Virus record (IMG/VR): IMGVR_UViG_3300011116_000922
Span: 32,001 to 96,000 of that record
Reading direction: 5' to 3' (one strand)
Length of the DNA stretch: 64,000 nt
DNA from: a virus
Numbering within the stretch: position 1 is the first letter of the stretch; each line of letters opens with the position of its first letter. The position numbers were made by a program, and so were the translations under genes. The notes under the pieces are model-generated. The model was not told the DNA's origin. It did no database searches and saw nothing but the letters and a program-made list of their open reading frames with translations. Shown here piece by piece: positions 49,128 to 57,342 of this stretch.

Positions 49128-50135
49128 ATGAATAATACAACAAAAAAAGCAATAATTACAGGCGTAAACGGACAAGACGGCTCGTACCTTGCGGATCTGC
49201 TGATCTCTAAGGGGTACTTTGTGGTGGGACTCAAGCGGCGCACCTCGCTCATCAACACAGAGCGCGTTGACCACATCTACACCAACGAGGTTTCCAACTC
49301 TCAGTTCAAAATGTGCTATTACGATCTGACTGACAGCGGAGCGTTCACAAATCTGCTTGTGAAGCACAAGCCTGATGAGGTGTACAATCTTGCAGCACAG
49401 TCCCATGTCGCGGTTTCGTTTGATGTTCCTGAGTACACCAGTGATGGTATTGCGGGTGGAACGCTGAAGATGCTTGAAGCCATTCGGTCGGTGTCTCCAC
49501 AAACCCGCTTCTATCAGGCTTCGTCTTCGGAAATGTACGGAGACTCAACCGATTACGGCACTACAGGCTACACCGAAAACAGCCGAATGACCCCAGTGTC
49601 ACCGTATGCGGTAGCCAAACTCCACGCACACCACATGACTCGCGTGTATCGTGAAGCCTACGGACTCCACGCAAGTTCAGGCATTCTGTTCAACCACGAA
49701 AGCCCACGCCGTGGAGAGACTTTCGTGACGCGCAAGATCACCATTGCTGCCGCTCGTATTGCACAGGGCAAGCAGAAGAAACTGCTGCTTGGCAACATTG
49801 ACGCAAAGCGCGATTGGGGATTCGCAGGAGACTATGTGGATGCCATGTGGCAAATGCTGCAACAGCCGCAGGGCGATGACTATGTGGTGGCTACGAATCG
49901 TACTCACTCCGTGCGTGAATTTTTGGAAGTAGTATTTGATTATGCGGGCTTGGGCGATTATGAAAAGTATGTGCAGATTGACCCGCGTCTATTCCGTCCC
50001 AACGAGGTTCCGTATCTGCTTGGCAATCCTGAAAAAGCCAAACGGGTATTGCATTGGGAACCAAAGCATGATATGATCGCGCTTGCAAAGATGATGTACG
50101 ATTCAGATTATTTGCGAGAGAATTCTAAACCCTAA
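49128..50135 (+). CDS. gmd: GDP-mannose 4,6-dehydratase
   Basis: ITGVNGQDGSYLA, AAQSHV, YQASSSE, SPYAVAK, FNHESPRRGETFVTRK and RDWG. Confidence 0.96.
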   Translation: MNNTTKKAIITGVNGQDGSYLADLLISKGYFVVGLKRRTSLINTERVDHIYTNEVSNSQFKMCYYDLTDSGAFTNLLVKHKPDEVYNLAAQSHVAVSFDVPEYTSDGIAGGTLKMLEAIRSVSPQTRFYQASSSEMYGDSTDYGTTGYTENSRMTPVSPYAVAKLHAHHMTRVYREAYGLHASSGILFNHESPRRGETFVTRKITIAAARIAQGKQKKLLLGNIDAKRDWGFAGDYVDAMWQMLQQPQGDDYVVATNRTHSVREFLEVVFDYAGLGDYEKYVQIDPRLFRPNEVPYLLGNPEKAKRVLHWEPKHDMIALAKMMYDSDYLRENSKP

Positions 50136-51127
50136 TGTCCGCTCTCATAGACAAGAAATACATTAATTTGGTTTCGCCCCAGTTGCAGCGGTTCAAGTGG
50201 AAAAGCGATAAACTTGCCAATTGCAGGTGTCCTATTTGCGGTGACTCGCAAAAGAACAAGACCAAGGCGCGTGGATTTTTCTTTCCCAAGAAGAACGACT
50301 ACTTCTTCAAGTGCCACAACTGCGGCATCGGGCACACCATGTACAAGTTCTTGGAGATCGTGGCTCCGGTGCTGTGCCGTGAGTACGCATTGGAGCGGTG
50401 GCGCAACGGCGAGAACGGGCATTCCAATTACACCAAGCCTGTTGAGACAGAAATCATCAAGCCCAAGATTCGAATGTCCCTGCCGAAGATTTCTGAATTG
50501 CCGCCCAACCACGCAGCCCGTGTATATTTGGAATCGCGCAAGATCCCGTGCTTGGATCGGTTTTATTTCAGTAGTGGGTTCGGTGATTGGGTTCGTGGGA
50601 TCGACCCTACATATTCCACCGTTCCAAATGACGAACGAATCGTCATCCCGTTCCTGAACAAGAGTGGAGAACTGCTTGGTGTGCAAGGACGAGCAATCGG
50701 TGGCTCCAAGAATGCCATACGGTACATTACCGTGAAGTTTGTAAAGAATGGCAGAATATTTTTTGGAGGAGACACCGTTGACTATTCCCGAAGAGTGTAT
50801 GCCACGGAAGGCCCGATTGATTCCGTATTTGTTGATAATGGGATTGCTTTTGCAGGTAGCGAAGTGGGAGATATCATTAGGGGCTTTAGCGATGTGGTTG
50901 TTGTTTTGGATAATGAGCCGCGCAACCGAGAAATTGTGGAAGCCACCCGTGAAGCCATTGAAGCGGGTCACCAAGTCTGCGTGTGGGATACTGGAATTCT
51001 AGAAAAAGATATTAACGACATGGTGCTTTCAGGAAAAAGCCCGCAGCAGATCCGCGAAGACATTGATAGATACTCTTGCAGCGGAATGGAAGCACGATTA
51101 AGATGGAGCCAATGGAAAAGGATCTAA
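50135..51127 (+). CDS. gp61: DNA primase
   Basis: RCPICGDS...CHNC zinc finger; TEGPIDS, DNEPRN and KDINDM TOPRIM motifs. Confidence 0.96.
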   Translation: MSALIDKKYINLVSPQLQRFKWKSDKLANCRCPICGDSQKNKTKARGFFFPKKNDYFFKCHNCGIGHTMYKFLEIVAPVLCREYALERWRNGENGHSNYTKPVETEIIKPKIRMSLPKISELPPNHAARVYLESRKIPCLDRFYFSSGFGDWVRGIDPTYSTVPNDERIVIPFLNKSGELLGVQGRAIGGSKNAIRYITVKFVKNGRIFFGGDTVDYSRRVYATEGPIDSVFVDNGIAFAGSEVGDIIRGFSDVVVVLDNEPRNREIVEATREAIEAGHQVCVWDTGILEKDINDMVLSGKSPQQIREDIDRYSCSGMEARLRWSQWKRI

Positions 51128-51128
51128 C

Positions 51129-51371
51129 ATGAGCAACGAAGAAGAAGACGAATACAGCATCAAGCACCCCATCGTTAGTTACGCATTCGCAATAATGGAA
51201 TATGTGCAAAGCACCGATCCCGAACTGTTCAAGAGAGCCGTGGAATACGCGGAAGACCTGACAGGCGTAAACATCAGCGATTTCAAACTAGAAGAAATCA
51301 CTGACGAAGACGATGATCTGGAAAACGACATCACCGAAGAAATCGAAGAATACAACGAAGACGATGAGTGA
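51129..51371 (+). CDS. Small highly acidic protein
   Basis: About 29 D/E against 4 K/R in 80 aa. Confidence 0.65.
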   Translation: MSNEEEDEYSIKHPIVSYAFAIMEYVQSTDPELFKRAVEYAEDLTGVNISDFKLEEITDEDDDLENDITEEIEEYNEDDE

Positions 51372-51597
51372 ATACAGACTAAATGACATAAACGATTACT
51401 GCAACGAGCAAGTAACCAAACTACTGCTTGATCGTATAAGTCAGATGCCTGTGCTGACCCGTGTGGAAGCAGCGTCCATGTCACAGATGTTTTCGTTTTG
51501 GAATGAGATTCAAGACACCCTTATTTGTGCTGCTGAAGAAATCAAGCGGCTAAATGCAAAAATAGCAGAACTGGAATCACAGAATGGCGGAAAGTGA
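51364..51597 (+). CDS. Small hypothetical protein
   Basis: Overlaps both neighbours; AAEEIKRL coiled-coil end. Confidence 0.55.
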   Translation: MSEYRLNDINDYCNEQVTKLLLDRISQMPVLTRVEAASMSQMFSFWNEIQDTLICAAEEIKRLNAKIAELESQNGGK

Positions 51598-52312
51598 AAA
51601 GGCATTCGTGCCTGTACTCAATTGCGGTTTTGTTGAATATGTTTCGCACATGGGTGATGATCTCACCGTTGTAAACGCTGCCCGCGTTTCCTTTAACAAG
51701 GAAAGCAAGTGGGAAGGCGACTACATGGATTCGGAATTGAAGTTCCACGAAAAGCACATGGATCCACGGGACGAGAAACTGATCGCGTACCTTGCCAAGC
51801 ACAAGCACTGGACTCCGTTCGCGCATCCACAGATCACCCTGCGGATCAAGGCTCCCATCTTTGTCCGCACCCAACTTTTCAAGCACAAAGTTGGAATGGT
51901 CGAAAATGAAGTGTCCCGGCGTTATGTCAAGGACACCCCACAGTTCTACAACCCCGAGTGGAGAGCCGCACCCACAGACGGAGCCAAGCAGGGCAGCAGC
52001 GATTTCATTCGTGGCGAGATCACGCACGAACTGGACGAGATGTACATGGGCGTGATAAAGCAAGCAGAGTATGTGTACGATCAACTGATTCTGCGTGGCG
52101 TTGCTCCCGAGCAAGCCCGAAGCGTTCTGCCGCAAGGCACATACACCGAGTGGTGGTGGACGGGTTCGCTTTCGGCTTTTGCCCGGATCTACGCACAGCG
52201 GATTGATGCCCATGCCCAATGGGAAGTGCAGCAGTACGCAGGAGCAATCTCGGAAATCATTGCTCCGCTGTTTCCGCACTCTTGGAAGGCACTAACTGGT
52301 CGTCCTACATAA
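51584..52312 (+). CDS. thyX: Flavin-dependent thymidylate synthase
   Basis: VNAARVSF, HWTPF, APIFV, KH.......NEVSRRY and EQARSVLP. Confidence 0.94.
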   Translation: MAESEKAFVPVLNCGFVEYVSHMGDDLTVVNAARVSFNKESKWEGDYMDSELKFHEKHMDPRDEKLIAYLAKHKHWTPFAHPQITLRIKAPIFVRTQLFKHKVGMVENEVSRRYVKDTPQFYNPEWRAAPTDGAKQGSSDFIRGEITHELDEMYMGVIKQAEYVYDQLILRGVAPEQARSVLPQGTYTEWWWTGSLSAFARIYAQRIDAHAQWEVQQYAGAISEIIAPLFPHSWKALTGRPT

Positions 52313-52316
52313 AGGG

Positions 52317-54542
52317 ATGGAACAGTTTAAGCGTTTTTCAACCCCTAAAGCCGTCCCATCGGCTTCTAAGCCCCTACCGTTTTCGGAGGGGCATTATGGG
52401 TTTGGATCCCGTTTTGCGCTGACCCATCGGATCAAAGGCACGGAATACGCGGTTGGGGATGTGTTTACATATATTCCCGAAGGCGAATCGCGCCGCCACG
52501 ATCCTTATATTTTGAAAATTGGCGAAGGCATTGGGGAAACTTGTTTTCTTGACCCCCACGGTAGAGCAGTGATTCTGTCCGCTGATGTCAGCGTGGTCAA
52601 CACTATTTTTGAATACCGGGAAACACCACCACAGACGGTGGTGCTGTCAGAGGGTGAGGAGTACACTCCCCCTCCTGCGCCTCCGGTGTTTATTACGGAA
52701 GGTGAATTCAAGCAATTCCGCAAGGGTTTGGCTACAGTTCTTTCCGAAATTGCTGCTATTGCTCCCGACAAGGGAGAGCGCGGTGATCGGGGAGAGCGCG
52801 GCGAACGCGGCGAGAAGGGTGATCCGGGCGAACCCGGAGCGCAGGGGGTTCCCGGTGAAACGGGACAACCGGGCATTCAGGGTGAACAGGGCGAAAAAGG
52901 AGAACCCGGAGAACGGGGAGAAAAAGGAGAACGCGGTGACAAAGGCGAAAACGGCGAAAAAGGCAATCAAGGCGAACCGGGAGAGCATGGAAGACCGGGT
53001 GAGAAGGGTGATAGAGGAGAAGTGGGCCCTCGCGGTGAACGCGGTGAGAAGGGTGATCGCGGCAATCCGGGGCGTGATGGGCTTCCGGGCAAGCCCGGAG
53101 CAGACGGCAAAGACGGCAAGCCCGGTGCGAAAGGCGAGAAGGGCGACCGGGGCGAAAAAGGCGAACGGGGGCTAAAGGGAGAACCCGGTGCCGCAGGAAC
53201 AAAAGGCGACAAGGGAGATCCGGGGGAGCAGGGCGAACCCGGACTCCTTTCCGCCAAGTTCCCGTTGGTGTACAACGCGGAAGACAAGTCTGTTTCCATT
53301 GACGAAGAACGCCTTGACAAGATTCTGAAGAAGATCATGGGCGGTGGCAAGGTTTCGCCGCAGGACATGGGCTGGCTTGCTTCCACAGGTGGCGGCGGCA
53401 AGGTGGCTGTGTACCACAATGGGGTGAAAATCACACCCGATGTGCGTGGCATAAACTTCACTGGCTCGGGTGTGGCTTCCGTCACCAAAGAAAACGGGGT
53501 GGGCGGCAAACTCATCGTGAACATTCAGGGAGGCGGTGGAAGCGGTGTCACTGGTCCCACTGGTCCCACTGGTTCTGCGGGTGCAACGGGTGCAGGCGGT
53601 GCGCTTGGATACTGGGGATCGTTTTGGGATACAGGCAAAAAAACCGTAGTAAGCACCACTACTGCTTACGGCATCACATTCAACAACAGTGACCCGCAGA
53701 ACAATGGTGTAACGGTGGTTGACGGCAGCAAGATCACCTTCCAAAGCACAGGAGTGTACAACCTACAGTTCTCTGCACAGGTTTTCAATACCGAGAACAA
53801 CCAAGAACACGAAGCCACATTCTGGCTGAAGAAAAACGGAAACAACATTCCCGATACTGCGGGTACCATAACAGTAATAGGAAAGCATTCAGATATCACT
53901 GGCGCAGCACTGCCGTCTTGGAACTGGATGCTGCCACTGAACGCAAACGATTATGTTGAATTGTATTGGCACACCAATTCAACGAATGTGCTGCTTGGCA
54001 CACTTCCCGAAGGCACATCCCCTGTGCATTCGGTGTCTCCTGCGGTCATATTCACTGCACAACAGGTCATGTACACGCAAGTTGGTCCCACAGGACCGAC
54101 TGGTCCCACAGGAGCCACCCCCACGGACTATGTGTCTTCCGCTAACGGCTTGACGGGTGCGATTGAGTTTCGGGGTGGTAGAGGAATCACACACACCACT
54201 GGCAGCAATGGTATATCTTTTGGCATTGACTACATTAAGGGTGGCACAACTTTTACAGCCATAGCAAATGTTCCTTCCTCGGGATATCAAGCAGGAACAG
54301 ACTTGATGCTGTTCCAAGACAAGAACGGGACAAATCCGCCGTATCTTACAAACATTTCAAACTTCTTGGGTTACTTTCTTCCGTACACGAAAACAATCAG
54401 TACTGTTGATATTGCCCCACTAACAACTAATAGTTTTCTTATGTCTTCAAGCGGAGGATCTGAAGGCGGTGTCACATTTTCTGATATGGTGGCACTTATT
54501 TCAACAAATCTGACCATTGTGGACGGTGGAACCTACACCTAA
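52317..54542 (+). CDS. Collagen-like fibre protein
   Basis: About 53 uninterrupted Gly-X-Y triplets, GPT repeats, BclA/C1q-like domain (GVYNLQFSAQ...WLKKNG...DYVELYW) and terminal DGGTY. Confidence 0.85.
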   Translation: MEQFKRFSTPKAVPSASKPLPFSEGHYGFGSRFALTHRIKGTEYAVGDVFTYIPEGESRRHDPYILKIGEGIGETCFLDPHGRAVILSADVSVVNTIFEYRETPPQTVVLSEGEEYTPPPAPPVFITEGEFKQFRKGLATVLSEIAAIAPDKGERGDRGERGERGEKGDPGEPGAQGVPGETGQPGIQGEQGEKGEPGERGEKGERGDKGENGEKGNQGEPGEHGRPGEKGDRGEVGPRGERGEKGDRGNPGRDGLPGKPGADGKDGKPGAKGEKGDRGEKGERGLKGEPGAAGTKGDKGDPGEQGEPGLLSAKFPLVYNAEDKSVSIDEERLDKILKKIMGGGKVSPQDMGWLASTGGGGKVAVYHNGVKITPDVRGINFTGSGVASVTKENGVGGKLIVNIQGGGGSGVTGPTGPTGSAGATGAGGALGYWGSFWDTGKKTVVSTTTAYGITFNNSDPQNNGVTVVDGSKITFQSTGVYNLQFSAQVFNTENNQEHEATFWLKKNGNNIPDTAGTITVIGKHSDITGAALPSWNWMLPLNANDYVELYWHTNSTNVLLGTLPEGTSPVHSVSPAVIFTAQQVMYTQVGPTGPTGPTGATPTDYVSSANGLTGAIEFRGGRGITHTTGSNGISFGIDYIKGGTTFTAIANVPSSGYQAGTDLMLFQDKNGTNPPYLTNISNFLGYFLPYTKTISTVDIAPLTTNSFLMSSSGGSEGGVTFSDMVALISTNLTIVDGGTYT
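52773..53249 (+). repeat. Collagen (Gly-X-Y)n coding repeat
   Basis: GERGDRGER...GEPGLL read directly from the translation. Confidence 0.95.
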
Positions 54543-54545
54543 ATA
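54539..54545 (+). promoter_or_regulatory. Putative late promoter (CTAAATA)
   Basis: Overlaps the collagen gene stop, upstream of the fibre gene RBS. Confidence 0.55.
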
Positions 54546-54570
54546 CTGTACGCACTATTAGGACACAACT

Positions 54571-56562
54571 ATGGCAACACAGATCACATTCCGCCGAGGC
54601 TCGTCCTTCCCCACCGCAGGATCGGGAATCACCTTGGCAGAACCAGTATTTGAAACCACGCTGCACACCTTCCATATCGGCTTGGGGTACGGTATAACGG
54701 CAGAGTGGGTTGGTGCGCCCATCAGCGGATTGAGCGCAGACATTGCCGCAGGCATTACCTACAAGATTCCCACAGCCGCAGCGGTAAAGAACTATATCAA
54801 CGGGCTGTGTTTCGGCAACACTGGTGGTGGAGCAGTTTCTTCTGTTTCAGGATCGGGAAACGGAGTATTGGTTTCTCCCACCACAGGTGCGGTTGTGGTA
54901 TCCAATACTGGTGTCCACTCATTCAACGGATTGACGGGCGCAGTACAAGGTGTGTCGGCTGCTGTGGCAGGAACAGGAATATCGGTTAGCGGAGCCACTG
55001 GTTCTGTCACTATTACAAACATAGGTGTTCAGTCCTTCAACGGGCGCACAGGTGCAGTCACAGGCGCATCACTGGGTGCAAACACTTTCACTGGTTTGCA
55101 GACCATGACTTTGGGCATCAGTGCTGCGGGTGGCATGACTCTTGCAGGTACGCTGAACACTACTGGTGATATCAAGTTCAACGGAACCGCTGCCAAGAGC
55201 ATTACAACCACACAGGCTCCCCTCACCATCAAGGGAGTGACAAGTAGTGGTATTTCTGTGTCTGGTTACAATGCTATTGTGCTTGGTGTTCAAACGACTG
55301 ATCCATTAAAACTATGGTCTGCTAGTGGTGTAGTTGATATTAATTCCGATACGGCAACTGCTTTTAGCACAAGTATTAAACTCAATACAAACGATGGTAA
55401 TTTCGAGCCACTTACAGCATCTGTAACCATTCAGCCTAGCACCTATTTCACCGCAGACAGAACCCTGAACATACAGGACGCTTCAGGCACGATTGCGCTG
55501 ACAAACCAGTTGATGGGGACAGTGAACGGCTCCACCGCTGCAACCACTGCTGTTACTTCGTTCAATGGACTCACGGGAGCCGTGGGCGGTGTATGTGCTG
55601 CACAAGCCAACACCTTTACCGCACTACAGACATTCAACAGCGGAATCTCCGCTGCGGGTGGAATTACATTTGGAGCCACTGCTGCTTTCTCCAACAGCGC
55701 AGTGTTTGCAAACGCAGAGTACATTCGGAATACCACGAACGGTCAACTTGACCTCATGCCTGCTCCTGCGGGATCAACGGCATTCGGAATTTATTTTGAC
55801 ATGACATCGTGGAGTTACGGTGTCATCATGGGCACTATCCGCACATCCGATGGACTCAAGAACACGGGCGGAAACTTCCGATTCGATGCTCCGCTGACAA
55901 TCAACAACGACACATTCTTCCAGTTGGGTTCTGACGGACAGTACAGATTCCAAAGAACATCCACTGGAAACGATACCGCACAGTTTGGTGCGTACTGCGA
56001 CGGCGTGAACAACAGCGGTGCGTATGCGATTGTTGGATTCGGATCGGAAGGTACTGCAAACCGCAGTCCTGCAACCAAGCACAGTAATCCCAACCTGTAC
56101 ATCTACGCCAACGGCAACGCAAGCGCAAACGATTTCGTGCGATTTGAGCATGATCGCACAAACGCGAACATCGTAAGCGGCGGAACAAGCGGAATTTTTG
56201 TTCAGCCCGGAAACGGAATCGTTGGTGTCAGTGGTGGTGTTTCTGCTGACGCTTTCATGTTGGCTGGCGGGGGCATCAGGACACTCACCGGAACCACATA
56301 CACTTTCCTTGCAACTGACAACGGAAAAGTGATAACCATGAACAACGCCAGTGGCATAACTGCAACGGTTCCTTCAGGACTTCCTGTGGGGTACAGCGTG
56401 ACCGTGATTCAACTTGGTGCTGGTCAGGTCGGCTTTACTGCTGCTTCCGGTGTTACTCTCAACTCGTATACATCGCTGAGAAAGATCGCTGGACAGCACG
56501 GTTCTGCGTCAGTTGTTTCGTACAGCAGCAATGTGTTCAATCTAGCAGGAAATCTGGCATGA
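54571..56562 (+). CDS. Tail fibre-like virion protein
   Basis: N-terminal I.FRRG...LAEP motif; repeated VxSFNGxTGAV modules; C-terminal TYT..D.GK.I...Q.GAGQV...GNL domain. Confidence 0.8.
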   Translation: MATQITFRRGSSFPTAGSGITLAEPVFETTLHTFHIGLGYGITAEWVGAPISGLSADIAAGITYKIPTAAAVKNYINGLCFGNTGGGAVSSVSGSGNGVLVSPTTGAVVVSNTGVHSFNGLTGAVQGVSAAVAGTGISVSGATGSVTITNIGVQSFNGRTGAVTGASLGANTFTGLQTMTLGISAAGGMTLAGTLNTTGDIKFNGTAAKSITTTQAPLTIKGVTSSGISVSGYNAIVLGVQTTDPLKLWSASGVVDINSDTATAFSTSIKLNTNDGNFEPLTASVTIQPSTYFTADRTLNIQDASGTIALTNQLMGTVNGSTAATTAVTSFNGLTGAVGGVCAAQANTFTALQTFNSGISAAGGITFGATAAFSNSAVFANAEYIRNTTNGQLDLMPAPAGSTAFGIYFDMTSWSYGVIMGTIRTSDGLKNTGGNFRFDAPLTINNDTFFQLGSDGQYRFQRTSTGNDTAQFGAYCDGVNNSGAYAIVGFGSEGTANRSPATKHSNPNLYIYANGNASANDFVRFEHDRTNANIVSGGTSGIFVQPGNGIVGVSGGVSADAFMLAGGGIRTLTGTTYTFLATDNGKVITMNNASGITATVPSGLPVGYSVTVIQLGAGQVGFTAASGVTLNSYTSLRKIAGQHGSASVVSYSSNVFNLAGNLA

Positions 56563-56999
56563 GACATTTAATTGGTCTTCGTGGTCACGCCAACACCATC
56601 ATCAGTACAACCGATGTAACACCAAATGCCGTGAATTGGTCAAACGTTGGATTCTCGGAAATGTTGGGGGCTTTCACCTATAGCGAAAGACAGATCACGG
56701 GAATAAACACAACAATAACTGTAAAAGTTGACTACAACATGGCTGAAGGTGATCTGTACTACTATGTGAGCAGCACAGCAGGAGCAATTGGCAGCGGAGA
56801 TTTCGATATCTTTCTTGGACCGTATGACACGGTTGCACAATACATTTCGTCGGGAACCACATTCACGGTTTCAAACAACCAGTATGTCACATTCGGGGCA
56901 GACGGTTTTGGTAGCACGGTTAATCCGTGGGTAACAGTAACAAATGTAAGCGATTCCAACACCACTCTTGACACCTTCGGATTGTTCTATTCCCTCTAA
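56559..56999 (+). CDS. Putative fibre-associated structural protein
   Basis: ATGA-coupled to the fibre gene; Thr/Ser/Gly-rich beta composition. Confidence 0.55.
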   Translation: MRHLIGLRGHANTIISTTDVTPNAVNWSNVGFSEMLGAFTYSERQITGINTTITVKVDYNMAEGDLYYYVSSTAGAIGSGDFDIFLGPYDTVAQYISSGTTFTVSNNQYVTFGADGFGSTVNPWVTVTNVSDSNTTLDTFGLFYSL

Positions 57000-57007
57000 T
57001 ACATAAA

Positions 57008-57247
57008 ATGACAGAAACACCAGAACAAAGAACCGAACGCCACCTGTCCGTGATGCAATCACATGCTGATTCCATCAACACCATAGTTTCCGCACAACAA
57101 AAAGACGAAGAAAAAATACAATCCGTGCAGTGTTCAATTCGTGTGCTTGGAATCATGTTGAAACGAAATTACATACAGAACTGTGGCACAGACTTGACAG
57201 GGTTCCACGCTGCGGTGACAGCAGGAACAGATTTTTTAACTGCATAA
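57008..57247 (+). CDS. Small hypothetical protein (possible fibre chaperone)
   Basis: Last gene of the fibre module before the terminator. Confidence 0.5.
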   Translation: MTETPEQRTERHLSVMQSHADSINTIVSAQQKDEEKIQSVQCSIRVLGIMLKRNYIQNCGTDLTGFHAAVTAGTDFLTA

Positions 57248-57271
57248 CCCAAATACTGTTTTCAATACTTT

Positions 57272-57296
57272 AGGGGGGCGAAAGCCCCCCTTTATG
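57272..57296 (+). terminator. Intrinsic terminator
   Basis: AGGGGGGC-GAAA-GCCCCCCT followed by a T-rich tail. Confidence 0.85.
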
Positions 57297-57342
57297 TTAT
57301 GATTCGCTCTACATACTCTACCTAATAACCAAGGAGTTACAC

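Noticed and set aside
52317-57247. Diversity-generating retroelement or invertible cassette at the fibre genes
   Set aside because: No reverse transcriptase or invertase in the window; repeats are similar at protein level, not near-identical DNA
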